Origin: Macrostomum lignano
Taxonomy: Eukaryota
Direction of reading: 5' to 3'
DNA length: 64,000 bases
NCBI GenBank assembly: GCA_002269645.1
Contig: NIVC01000104.1
Coordinates: forward strand, 649,179 to 713,178
Below, in pieces: positions 25,712 to 37,396 of this stretch (positions are counted from its first letter, which is position 1; each line of letters starts with the position of its first letter). The translations under genes were made by a program, and so were the position numbers. A model generated the notes under the pieces. The model was given only the letters and a program-made list of their open reading frames with translations, had not been told where the DNA came from and did no database searches.

Positions 25712-26525
25712 GTTGGGTTGCAGCTCCAATATGGGTTATTTAGTTTGGATTGCAGCTCCAATATGGGTTATTTAGGTTGGATTGCAGCTCCAATATGGGT
25801 TATTTAGTTTGGATTGCAGCTCCAATATGGGTTATTTAGGTTGGATTGCAGCTCCAATATGGGTTATTTAGGTTGGATTGCAGCTCCAATATGGGTTATT
25901 TAGGTTGGATTGCAGCTCCAATATGGGTTATTTAGGTTGGATTGCAGCTCCAATATGGGTTATTTAGGTTGGATTGCAGCTCCAATATGGGTTATTTAGG
26001 TTGGATTGCAGCTCCAATATGGGTTATTTAGGTTGGATTGCAGCTCCAATATGGGTTATTTAGGTTGGATTGCAGCTCCAATATGGGTTATTTAGGTTGG
26101 ATTGCAGCTCCAATATGGGTTATTTAGGTTGGATTGCAGCTCCAATATGGGTTATTTAGGTTGGATTGCAGCTCCAATATGGGTTATTTAGGTTGGATTG
26201 CAGCTCCAATATGGGTTATTTAGGTTGGATTGCAGCTCCAATATGGGTTATTTAGGTTGGGTTGCAGCTCCAATATGGGTTATTTAGGTTGGGTTGCAGC
26301 TCCAATATGGGTTATTTAGGTTGGATTGCAGCTCCAATATGGGTTATTTAGGTTGGATTGCAGCTCCAATATGGGTTATTTAGGTTGGATTGCAGCTCCA
26401 ATATGGGTTATTTAGGTTGGATTGCAGCTCCAATATGGGTTATTTAGGTTGGATTGCAGCTCCAATATGGGTTATTTAGGTTGGATTGCAGCTCCAATAT
26501 GGGTTATTTAGGTTGGATTGCAGCT
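25712..26525. repeat. 32-bp minisatellite, about 25 near-identical copies
   Basis: ttggattgcagctccaatatgggttatttagg head-to-tail, no spacers. Confidence 0.95.
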
Positions 26526-26574
26526 AGTCTACAGAGATTTACCAAGTTGAACACCCCCACCCTCCGCATCGCAG

Positions 26575-26957
26575 GTGCAAAAGGAGATCAGCGAGCACTT
26601 TCGTCTCGACCCGGACACCCGAGCGGTCCTGCCCGACCCGTCCGACGCAGCTGCGCCCGCTGCCTCAGCCTCGGGCGCGTGGCAGCTTCGCCTGTTATCG
26701 CGCGACGTTCGTTTAAAAAACGGACTGACTGAGCAGCTGTACCCGCTCTATCGGATGTCCTGCGAGCGACCATTGGCCGAAGACTGCGACGGCGATTTGC
26801 ACTACAGCTCGACAGATCGGGTCGCTCTGGTTGGCAGGGTGAATCCGCCCAAGCACAGCTGGGGCCTCGGATTCAACGTGGAAACCGGCGTTATGGGCAA
26901 TTTTCCGTTGCTATGCGCTCAACGAATTCCCTGCTGCGAAGCCTGGACTCTGCACAG
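26575..26957 (+). CDS. UBASH3: UBASH3/Sts-like protein, exon 3 (SH3-like domain)
   Basis: Acceptor cgcag|, phase 0. W...LSRDVR, W..G....TG..G.FP, W..H match the Sts SH3 region; donor AG|gtattt. Confidence 0.8.
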
Positions 26958-27029
26958 GTATTTGTTTACAATTGTTTGTGTAACTATGAGAGCCTTTTGT
27001 GTGATTTTCATCAGTAGCTCTGATCACCA

Positions 27030-27192
27030 TTTTAGTAGCTCAGATTATCCCCATTTTAGTAGCTCAGATTATCCCCATTTTAGTAGCTCAGATTATCCCC
27101 ATTTTAGTAGCTCAGATTATCCCCATTTTAGTAGCTCAGATTATCCCCATTTTAGTAGCTCAGATTATCCCCATTTTAGTAGCTCAGATTAT
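27030..27192. repeat. 24-bp minisatellite (ccccattttagtagctcagattat); same family resumes at 31770-32130
   Basis: The same unit occurs on both sides of the MULE insertion. Confidence 0.9.
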
Positions 27193-28849
27193 CCTGGTTG
27201 CTAGAATAACTCGAGATGAAAGACAAACTATATGCTGCGCTATTGAAACGATGAAAAACGAAAAAGGCCTCTTGAGCGAGATGCTCTGGGTCGATATATT
27301 TAATGAGCTGAGTGAAAGCGTACAATACACGGGAGCGTAATTTGGAGTGGGGCGATCAGTGAAGAATGAAAGTGGTGCGATCAATAATTAGGGACTGTAC
27401 GTATGAGCAAAATAAATATGTTAGCCTAATTGAACGTACATGTAGCTATTGCTAACGAAAAGTTTAAAAAATACCACGAGACAGTGGCAGCGGGTCCATG
27501 AGACTTGCCCGCAGGCGAACTGCCCGCCGAGATTTGCCCGCAGGAGATTTGCCCGTCGAGATTTGCCCGCCGAGGTTTGCCCGCAGAGATTTGCCCGCAG
27601 TGCATTCTGCCCGCAGGAGATTTGCCCGTCGAGATTTGCCCGTCGAGATTTGCCCGTCGAGATTTGCCCGCAGAGATTTTCCCGTCGAGATTTGCCCGCA
27701 GAGATTTTCCCGTCGAGATTTGCCCGCAGAGATTTGCCCGCAGAGATTTTCCCGCAATGCAGTTTTAATCTTGCAAAAATCGACTTATACTTATCGAAAT
27801 TATTTACCTGCCAGATTTCAACCGTGTGAATCTGAAACTCTTACTGCCGCAAATGCATAAGATATTTCTTTGGCATTCCGCAGACACCTCAAATTTCCTT
27901 TCTGCTAAATTACTGTAGCCTGTTCTATAATCTTTTGTAGCAGCAATTTTTTGCTGGTGGAGCAGCTCACATAGCTTGTCGCATATTTTAATAAGGTAAT
28001 GACTTTATTTTTCCCTTGACAGAACCGCACAATACAATAGCTATTTTTGTACATTCACTTGGCAAAAAGTAGAACAAGGTATTTAAGCGTCGCAAGTCAA
28101 AAGATGGTGAGGCTGTAGGTATCATTGGCATTAATTGCGAATTAACAGGTTCAACAGCGATTGTACAATCACTATGCATGCATAATACAAGCGAAAATGA
28201 ATTGCAGTAGGTAAATTAGCAATTTTCACTCTACTTAGCTCACACATTAACGGAATTTAGCACCCCAAAGGAGCAAATCTTCCGATGTGCAGCGCCAGCA
28301 CATCCATTTGATCCTTCCCTATTCATTCCCTTTCAATCAAGTCCTTGGGTTCAATTACTTAAAACAACTTTGTACTCTACTGCATTTTTCACTTTGCATT
28401 CGCTTAACGATAACTTTTGATTGAGCAATAATGAAAACAATATGAAAATGATCGACCAATTGTTAACATTTACTGTGCATCGCAAGACAGGAACAGGTGG
28501 ATGACGGAGTACATGGCAACAAAAGCATTCAGTGATACAGTTACAATGGCAACCTACAAGAGGAAGGGAAGGGAATGGGGAGGAGGGGTGAGTTGTTATG
28601 TAGGCAGAAGACTGTGGGTTCACTGAACTTCTCTGACCTAACCAAATTTCAGAAACTAGAAGCAACCGCAGTGCTAAATACGAGGGTTTAAAGTGCACAA
28701 AGTGAATGCCTTTGCGAATCCCATGGAAGCGGGAACTATTATTATATAGGCCACAATGAAACTAGAGCACAGAATATTAAATTTATTGCTTCTTAGTGTA
28801 GTGCAGCAAGAAACCAAAATTGTAAGGATAGCTACCGTTGTCAATCAGA

Positions 28850-30004
28850 TCACTTCTTCAAATGGTGAGCGATGCCCCTCAGGTAGGAACGCAAAGGAAA
28901 GTCAGCAGGCAGACCGCCACCTTCGACGTTCCAACGCTGCGTGACGCGAAGAAGCATCGCGTTGCTCTGCACGTATCTCTTCCGCTCCTTCGGTGCTTCA
29001 CCAGCGTTGGCTCGCTGCATCAGCAGTGCCTGGTGTTCGACTTCCTTTTTGAGGTCCTTCATGAGCCGAAAAACATTCGGATTGCTGCAACCCAGAATTG
29101 ACTGGAACCTCCTATGCCAGGCTTCAACTGCGTTGTTCGTGCGATGAAGTCCATTCAAAGTTCGCTCACGAACATTCCAAATTGAAGGTGAGAATCGAGG
29201 CTGCCGTCTTCCTCCGCCAGGAAGTCGATGGCCGACCCACTGGGCTTCAAAATAGTCTGCTGTTGAAGCCATCTCCGCAGGAAAGTCAGGCAGCATTATT
29301 AACTCATCAAATGCTGCTGGAACACTATTAATAGGCACAAAGGCCAAAGCAGAAAGGCAACGCAGCCAGACGGACATCTCGTCATCTTCTTCTTCAATCT
29401 GACGCTTTAATCCCTCAGCAACTGCTCTTCTGTACACGCACTGAACGAGGTGAAATAGACAGCCTGTTGACTCGATGCCAAAGACATGCTGAACAGCATT
29501 CATGTTAGCTCGCTCAAAATCTGACATCCAGCGAAGTGGCCTCATGTTCGGCGCCAATTGATGCAGAGCCTCGTAAAATCGACAGTACGTTGCTTCGGTC
29601 TTGTTGGGTAGCAATGCGTAGATGAGTGGTCTTATGAAGCCTTGAAGTTCGGCATGCACTGTCACCAGTTGAGCGAACAGTGGCGGCGAGGCATCGAATG
29701 TGCCGTCCGAGAAGAAATCTGTCGCCAATTGCAGGGCTTGAATGTTATCCTCGCTACCGAAGATTAAAATTCGATTGTTGTCCTGTCCGGAGTCATGCAG
29801 CAGAAACAGTGCTCCGTTGTTGAATTGAAATTCTTCAGGTATAATGAGCTCGGCTCGGTTGAGCGGCTGTACTGGAAGACCTTGGTGCGTTTGACGAACA
29901 TCTTGAACTTGCCGCTTTAATGCGCTTTGAGATGGAAGGGCTATGCCTGCACACTCAGACAGCCCATTTGTGTGTTCCATGACGATATTTGCCGTCGAAT
30001 TCAC
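28850..30004 (-). CDS. MULE transposase DDE domain (3' part of frameshifted ORF)
   Basis: DGTF, PL.YALLPNK, MSDFE.A, GC.FH..Q, RTNN.VE.WH motifs. Confidence 0.9.
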   Translation of the reverse strand: MNSTANIVMEHTNGLSECAGIALPSQSALKRQVQDVRQTHQGLPVQPLNRAELIIPEEFQFNNGALFLLHDSGQDNNRILIFGSEDNIQALQLATDFFSDGTFDASPPLFAQLVTVHAELQGFIRPLIYALLPNKTEATYCRFYEALHQLAPNMRPLRWMSDFERANMNAVQHVFGIESTGCLFHLVQCVYRRAVAEGLKRQIEEEDDEMSVWLRCLSALAFVPINSVPAAFDELIMLPDFPAEMASTADYFEAQWVGHRLPGGGRRQPRFSPSIWNVRERTLNGLHRTNNAVEAWHRRFQSILGCSNPNVFRLMKDLKKEVEHQALLMQRANAGEAPKERKRYVQSNAMLLRVTQRWNVEGGGLPADFPLRSYLRGIAHHLKK

Positions 30005-30291
30005 GGTGTTCCTGGCATCCGATTTAATCTCCGAAGAGCCTCAAGAACTTGGAATCGAGAGCCGTCAGGTCCGTGATTTTGGTCATTCAGCTGTCGCACT
30101 TTAAAGCCATTCCGGATGTGGATTCGAGCAGGACATGATCCCAAGCGCCGTTCTTCACACTGCCAAAATGACACCTCTTCGTCGACCAGGCTAGTTCTTT
30201 CAAGTGTAAAGTAGTAGCCTTCGCAGGCTGCTTTGCGCTTCCCACGAATTGTTGCACTAAAGCGCACAGCGATGGGAGGAGCTGCTTCCAT
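30001..30291 (-). CDS. FLYWCH zinc finger, 5' part of MULE transposase
   Basis: GYYF...WQC.....CPARIH...NH pattern. Adding one base near 30024 fuses it to the DDE ORF (LRRLKSDARNTVNSTANIV). Confidence 0.8.
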   Translation of the reverse strand: MEAAPPIAVRFSATIRGKRKAACEGYYFTLERTSLVDEEVSFWQCEERRLGSCPARIHIRNGFKVRQLNDQNHGPDGSRFQVLEALRRLNRMPGTP

Positions 30292-31009
30292 GTGGTCTGC
30301 TTGTTATTAACGTTGTCTTGAAATTCACTTTATATATGTAGAGTTGTCGCAGTCTAACTTGACCAGACTAAAGTTGAATACACTAAGCAGTAAGGAAGGG
30401 CAGTGTATTTATATATTATAGGAGATAACAGGGGGTTGAGAGAAAGGAGGGGTGGGCAAAGAGAGGGGTTGGGTTAGGAGGCGCGATCAAAGGAATGAGG
30501 GGCACGCAAGACAAGAAGGAGGCTAAAGGGGTGGGGTGCCTGCAGCCAATCAGAAAGAGAAGAGAGAATGAGAGACCCAGACCCAGACCCAGACCCAGAG
30601 AGAATGAAATCCAGACAGATTTTATGGACATTTTATCGAAGACTGGGAATTGAGATATAGGGGTCCAGGATAGAATTAGCGAGAAAGAATCACATCAGAC
30701 TTTGTTTACACTGCTTTCTGGATCTTTAGCGAGGAGTTAATAAGCAGGTCTTTAAATTTCATTAAATTTGTTATATAGATAAGCCAGCTGCCCGTCGCCA
30801 CATGCACAAGGCGATGTTTTTAGAAAATGCTCTGCATACTCATACTCTATGTAAGGGCCAGATTATAAAATGTCGTGGGGTCCCCGACATGCACCATATA
30901 GGACTCCATGGCTTATTTACTGGATTTGTCGTTCGGTGGTTGAGCAGATCGAGGTGATAAAATCCAGGCGGCTGACATGTGAATTTGAAACAGACAGCGC
31001 TCCACCAGC

Positions 31010-31225
31010 TAGAGATTCCAATACCGGGACCGGGATTTGAGAGCAAACACCTGGAATTCCAATCTCAGGACTTAAAATTGCCCACCATTCAGCGGGATTT
31101 CAATTTTTCGGGATTTGCTGGGACTGAAAATGCTGGGGATTTTATGGGAGTTGGACAGGAATATCCCGAACCCGACAATCCTGGGATTGGAAACTAGCCG
31201 GGATTTTACCATCCCTACCGCCAGG
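31010..31225. mobile_element. Small hAT-like MITE nested in the right MULE TIR
   Basis: Ends TAGAGATT...ATCCCTA. caccagc is duplicated at 31003-09 and 31226-32; the left TIR lacks this block. Confidence 0.5.
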
Positions 31226-31769
31226 CACCAGCAAAAAATTGCTGCTACAAAAGATTATAGAACAGGCTACAGTAATTTAGCAGAAAGGAAATTTGAGGTG
31301 TCTGCGGAATGCCAAAGAAATATCTTATGCATTTGCGGCAGTAAGAGTTTCAGATTCACACGGTTGAAATCTGGCAGGTAAATAATTTCGATAAGTATAA
31401 GTCGATTTTTGCAAGATTAAAACTGCATTGCGGGAAAATCTCTGCGGGCAAATCTCTGCGGGCAAATCTCTGCGGGCAAATCTCGACGGGAAAATCTCGA
31501 CGGGAAAATCTCTGCGGGAAAATCTCGACAGGCAAATCTCGACGGGCAAATCTCGACGGGCAAATCTCGACGGGCAAATCTCGACGGGCAAATCTCGACG
31601 GGCAAATCTCGACGGGCAAATCTCCTGCGGGCAGAATGCACTGCGGGCAAATCTCTGCGGGCAAACCTCGGCGGGCAAATCTCGACGGGCAAATCTCCTG
31701 CGGGCAAATCTCGGCGGGCAGTTCGCCTGCGGGCAAGTCTCGTGCTCCCAGTGGCAGCTCCAGAACATA

Positions 31770-32130
31770 TCCCCATTTTAGTAGCTTAGATTATCCCCAT
31801 TTTAGTAGCTCAGATTATCCCCATTTTAGTAGCTCATATTATCCCCATTTTAGTAGCTTAGATCCCAATTTTAGTAGCTCAGATCCCCATTTTAGTAGCT
31901 CTGATCACAGAACTGTAAGTTCTTTGGCTCTGATCCCCATTCAGTAGCTCTGATCCCCATTCAGTAGCTCTGATCCCCATATAGTAGCTCTGATCCCCAT
32001 TCAGTAGCTCTGATCCTCATTCAGTAGCTCTGATCCTCATTCAGTAGCTCTGATCCTCATTCAGTAGCTCTGATCACAGAACTGTAAGTTCTTTGGCTCT
32101 GATCCCCATTCAATAGCTGTAATCCCCATT
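31770..32130. repeat. 24-bp and 20-bp minisatellites (ccccattttagtagctcagattat; ctgatccccattcagtagct)
   Basis: Visible tandem units. Confidence 0.9.
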
Positions 32131-32482
32131 CTATATCTTTAACATTATTGAATCCCATTCTTACAGCGATTCTAATAATTTACTCTTGTAGTCGAGTGCA
32201 TCTGTTTTTCATTCGATCTGACTGAAAATATAAGAAAGAGCATTATATGCCGGCAGTTAGGGCAATAATTCACTGCTATTAAAATGGTTTATTGCTAGCC
32301 AACTGAACCCTTTCTAAGTAGGAAAAAAACAGTTATTGTTAACTATATTGAGCCTTGCATAGCTCTCTGTTGAGCTCGTGTGGGCGTTACTTTTGAGCAG
32401 TGTGGTTGGTATGCTCAGTCATTACGGGTCTTAGATCCCGATCTTTTCCTTCCCTTAATCTTACTTGACTGAATGTTGTTTT

Positions 32483-32845
32483 GTCTCCTATCTACCCCAC
32501 TGACAGTCTCCTATCCACCCCACTGCCAGTCTCCTATCTACCCCACTGCCAGTCTCCTATCTACCCCACTGCCAGTCTCCTATCCACCCCACTGCCAGTC
32601 TCCTATCCACCCCACTGCCAGTCTCCTATCTACCCCACTGACAGTCTCCTATCTACCCCACTGACAGTCTCCTATCTACCCCACTGCCAGTCTCCTATCT
32701 ACCCCACTGCCAGTCTCCTATCTACCCCACTGACAGTCTCCTATCTGCCCCACTGCCAGTGTCTCCTATCTTCCACACTGACAGTCTCCTATCTGCCCCA
32801 CTGCCAGTGTCTCCTATCTTCCACACTGCCAGTCTCCTATCTACC
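32483..32845. repeat. Minisatellite of about 23-25 bp (cagtctcctatctaccccactgc)
   Basis: Visible tandem units. Confidence 0.9.
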
Positions 32846-33646
32846 CTATTCTATCTTCTCCGCTTTTGGCAAAAGATGATCTATCTAGGCATTACCCATT
32901 GGTTGATCAGTGTAAAAACTGACAGAAGAACAGGTTTAATATATTCCTGTAACTAACGCATAGCATACGCTCGTGATGATAGAGAGAGAGAGACAGAGAG
33001 AGAGAGCCATTGGGTCTGTTCTATCCTCGCGTGACCCCAAGTCCGTTGGGTTAAAGCATTTTTATGCACAGAAAATGCCGATTCACTCAGCAAAATGCTA
33101 ATTCACGAGAACATCAGGGGGGCAAAGGGTGAACGAACGCAACCGTAATGAAATTATTAGCTAATTCAATATGGCACAGTCCTTGATGCAAATACAAATA
33201 TGCATATAATTATTTCTTATTACGGATCGGATAACTGGCCATCTTGCCCTCTTATATTCTATTCTGATTTGTACTCTATAAGCCTTGATTATTGTTTCAA
33301 ACCATTCTGCTTTTCATTTCCCCCTCTCTCCCTCCCTCTCAATATCCCTCTCCTTACTCCTTTCCCTCTTACTCGCCCTCTCCTCACCCCTCTCTTACCT
33401 TCTTACGCCTCTCCTTCTCACCTCTTCTCACTCGAACCGAGGAAGTCAGACGATGCACCCAATGTTTTATGGTTAATCCAAATATCTAGTGGGAATGGTT
33501 CAGTTGGAGGCAGGTAAAGAGGGGAGTAAACGAGTGGTAGAGTGAGAGGGAGAGGTTTGAGACGGAGAGAGGCGAGCCAAAGAGAGAGAGAGGGAGTGTG
33601 TTACCTTGGTTGCAACCCCTTCTAAACTGTAGGCTAGGGGTTTTAT

Positions 33647-33947
33647 GGGTTGCAGCCTAGTGGTTAGAGCGTCAGACTCACGACTGAAAGGTCAGGAGTT
33701 CGATTCTCGACCCCACTTGGAACAATTGAGCAAGAGACTTAACTCTCTGCATTGCTTCAGTTCACCCAGCTGTAAAATGGGTGCCAGCATTAGCTGGGGT
33801 AATTGAGGGTGTGTGTGGTGACTCCCCAGTCCTTGGACTGAACAGCCGTACGCAGCCTTCAGATGCGCCGCGCAAATAGCTGCGGCTGAGCTGTCGGTTG
33901 CACATTCGCCCATTAGGGCAGATGTAATCAATTATTAGCAGCATTAT
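33647..33947 (+). mobile_element. tRNA-derived SINE with CORE-like central domain
   Basis: A box (gcctagtggttagagc) and B box (gttcgattc). The following gagcaagagacttaactctctgcattgcttcagttcacccagctgtaaaatggg resembles the MIR CORE; tail is A/T-rich. Confidence 0.7.
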
Positions 33948-33992
33948 TTAGCTTAGTTCGAGTTGTACATATATATTGCTAAACGCTTGCAG

Positions 33993-34356
33993 AGTAACCG
34001 ACATGCAATGCAACATCGGACTCGTCGGCAGTTCTCTTCAATCGACAGCCGACCAGCAGGACCCCTCGGTGGCGACCAGGGTTGTAGCAATTCCCCCTAG
34101 CAACAACAGTAATGCCTCCTGTTCGGCATCGTCCTCATCTTCATCGTCTGCTACTACTGCATCTGGCAATGAGGCTACTCCTACTCAGTCTGTTGGCCTA
34201 GCCCTAATGAGCAATGGCGCCAATGCTTCTGCAACTTCTGCAACACCTGCTTCTGCTGCAGCGACTACAGCCTCTACTGCACCTTATCAACAGCTGGCTT
34301 ATCGCGGCGCCAGCAGCAATGGCAGCGGCAGCTGCAGCGGCGACTCCTTTGATGTG
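33993..34356 (+). CDS. UBASH3: UBASH3/Sts-like protein, exon 4 (S/A-rich linker)
   Basis: Acceptor ttgcag|A completes phase 2 from 26957; donor GTG|gtaatt is phase 0. Confidence 0.7.
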
Positions 34357-34461
34357 GTAATTTTTTTATCCATTTTTTTGTTATTGGGGACTTCTGTCAA
34401 ACTTGCACCTGGATGGCTCTTTGTCATGGTGCATTCCCTGCGGCACCTAGTCTTCTTAGAA

Positions 34462-34870
34462 ACTCAGGCCTGACACCCAGTCATCTTGGACCCTCAGGCC
34501 TGACACCCAATTATCTTTGAGCCTCAGGCCTGACACCCAATCATCTTTGAGCCTCAGGCCTGACACCCAATTATCTTTGAGCCTCAGGCCTGACACCCAA
34601 TTATCTTTGAGCCTCAGGCCTGACACCCAATCATCTTGGAGCCTCAGGCCTGACACCCAATCATCTTTGAGCCTCAGGCTTGACACCCAGTCATCTTGGA
34701 GCCTCAGGCCTAACACCCAATTATCTTAAAATCTCAGGCCTGACACCCAATCATCTTACAATCTCAGGCCTGACACCCAATTATCTTACAATCTCAGGCC
34801 TGACACCCAATTATCTTGCAATCTCAGGCCTGACACCCAGTCATCTTGGAGCCTAAGGCCTGACACCCAG
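34462..34870. repeat. 30-bp minisatellite (ctcaggcctgacacccaattatctttgagc)
   Basis: About 13 tandem units. Confidence 0.92.
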
Positions 34871-35468
34871 AATTATTTAAACTAAGGGCTTTCATAGCTT
34901 TAATCAATGCTTCAAATGTCTATTTTAGTTCCAAACCAGTTGTCAATGACAAATCATTTGTTGTAAATTAAACGAATATTTTATAGTTATACTTAAATTT
35001 TGTGCCCACTTGGTTAATATCTGTCTCTGTTTGTGTTATAACATTGAACCAGTAAACTTTTAGTGCAGCGTCAGTCAGCTTTCTATAATTTCTTTAGCTT
35101 GGGTTGTCCACTGCCCACGCGCTCGAGTCCATTATAGCTTATTATTTAACTGTAATGGCTTGGCATTTTTTGTTAGTTCCATACCACTTAGTTGGCCTGT
35201 TTTACTAGCTGCTCACTATTCTCTCCGTGTGACCTTTTTGTCTCTCGTCTATAGTATTAGTGCTCCAGTAGAATAATGGGTAGAACTGCGGTAATGGGTA
35301 AGAGAGGCCCGATGAATAGAAATGAAAGACAAATCCAGGGCCTACCACGCTTTTTGTTTGTATTTTGTACTTTAAAAATAATGGCTCAAAGATTTTAGTT
35401 TATAGCTTATCCTGCAGTCTACTGATAGTAACGTAATAAGTGTTTTTACCTAAACTTAACTGAAAATT

Positions 35469-35523
<55 letters not shown>

Positions 35524-35592
35524 GTCTATCTATATATCTATCTATCTATCTATCTATCTATCTGTCTATCTATCTATCTATCTATCTATCTA

Positions 35593-35646
<54 letters not shown>

Positions 35647-35661
35647 TTATCTATCGATCTG

Positions 35662-35729
<68 letters not shown>

Positions 35730-35730
35730 C

Positions 35731-35790
<60 letters not shown>

Positions 35791-35819
35791 ATCTATCTAT
35801 CTATCTATCTATCTATCTG

Positions 35820-35902
<83 letters not shown>

Positions 35903-35903
35903 G

Positions 35904-35958
<55 letters not shown>

Positions 35959-35977
35959 GTCTATCTATCTATCTATC

Positions 35978-36051
<74 letters not shown>
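35469..36051. repeat. (TATC)n microsatellite
   Basis: Directly visible. Confidence 0.98.
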
Positions 36052-36087
36052 CCGCAAACGAAACGATCCGCCGCCCGCGCCCGCCAG

Positions 36088-36841
36088 GCTCCGCTGTCCC
36101 CAGCTTCCGGTATTTCCTCATCCTCCGCTTTCTGCTTCTCCCCGCTGATGGAATCGGCCGCGGCGTTCACATTCGATCATCACCTTCAACGACTGTCGCT
36201 GGCCTCAGCCTCGGATGCCAGCTCATCGTCGGCTGGCGCGGCTGTCGTAGGTCTTCAACGACAGCAGCAACAGCGCGGTCGGGGACGTCGCCAGCTGCAC
36301 GTGATGCGCCACGCCGAACCCTTGGACGACGCTCTGGGAGCCGACTGGCCCGGCAAAGCTCTGGACGAATCCGGCCGTCTAGTTGACCGCTTCAGCCTGT
36401 CCATCCCGCCGCTGCTGCCGTCTCGGCCGCCGGCGGAATTCTGCTCCGATCCGCCGCTGTCCCTGATTGGCCAGTTCATGGCCAGCCAGATTGGCCAATC
36501 GCTGGGCCGGGCCGGGGTTCGCTACTTGCAGTGCTACAGCAGCCCCGCGCTGGCCTGCGTCCAATCTGCTCACCACACTCTGGCAGGCGTCGGACAGACC
36601 GACCTATTGATCCGACTCGAACCCATGCTGGCCGACTATTCGGATAATTCTAATGAAACAACAACGACTCGGAGCTATCTTAGCTGTACTAGTCTGCGCG
36701 AATTCGGCTACAATGTCGATGCCGATTATTCGCCGTTGACCGCTTCTAGTACAGACGGTCTAGATGCTAACTCGGATTCTTCCTATAAGGATCGTCTGGC
36801 TAGGGTGCTGAAACGAGCGCTTGATTCGTGCAAATCTGCTA
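36088..36841 (+). CDS. UBASH3: UBASH3/Sts-like protein, exon 5 (histidine phosphatase/PGM domain)
   Basis: Acceptor ccgccag|GCT in frame. VMRHAE.LD, DPPLS.IG.F.A..IG, YSSP...CVQSA, IRLEP motifs; donor A|gtgagt. Confidence 0.85.
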
Positions 36842-37058
36842 GTGAGTAAAATCTTAGTTTGCCTAGAGTGCATCTGTTCCGAATTAAGTACTCGTGTACT
36901 TAATGAAAGTACATCTGTACTTGCTTATAAAAGTACATTTGTACTTGCTTATAAAAGTACATCTAAACTTGCTTATAAAAGTACATCTGTACTTGCTTAT
37001 AAAAGTACATCTACTACTAAATCTAAGACACTTAGCTTCATTAAAATATCCCCTGCAG

Positions 37059-37396
37059 GTAGTAAGATTCTTATTGTTGGGCATCGAGCAACGGTCGAGC
37101 ATTCGCTAGGAGCATTAGCAACGCACCGCGGCCCAAGCGGCAGGAGCGGCAGCGGCGGCAGCAGCGGAGGCAGCAGTGGCGGCAGTAGCGCCGCCGCCGC
37201 CGCGCCAGCAGCGGGTGCAACTAGCATCAACTTTTACCGGCGTAAGGCCTCGGTACCATTTGCGGCGTTGCACTGCCTCGAGGAGCGAGCTGGAGGCCGT
37301 CGGGGCTGGGCCTCGACCGCCGGTCCCGTGGCCACCGCCTTCAGCGTGCAGATTCACTCGCCGTTCAATTCAACCGCGCTACTTCCTAGTGGTTAA
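37059..37396 (+). CDS. UBASH3: UBASH3/Sts-like protein, terminal exon 6
   Basis: Acceptor cctgcag|GT is phase 1; ILIVGH motif; stop at 37394-96. The six exons sum to 2460 nt (819 aa + stop). Confidence 0.8.

Larger units (their letters stand above)
27492..31749 (-). mobile_element. Mutator-like (MULE) DNA transposon with about 470-bp TIRs and 9-bp TSD
   Basis: TSD AGTGGCAGC at 27483-91 and 31750-58. TIRs 27492-27962 and 30999-31749 (interrupted) start GGG and contain 15-bp tandem subrepeats. Internal FLYWCH + MULE transposase. Confidence 0.93.

Noticed and set aside
25712-26525. 32-bp repeat array resembling CRISPR in unit length
   Set aside because: Units are head-to-tail with no unique spacers, there are no cas genes, and it lies in a eukaryotic intron.
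27449-27860. RRDLPAEIC-repeat ORFs (also 31325-31781)
   Set aside because: Translations of the MULE TIR subrepeats.
33647-33715. Possible tRNA gene
   Set aside because: The anticodon and acceptor stems are imperfect and the sequence runs into a CORE-like body, so it was called a SINE head.
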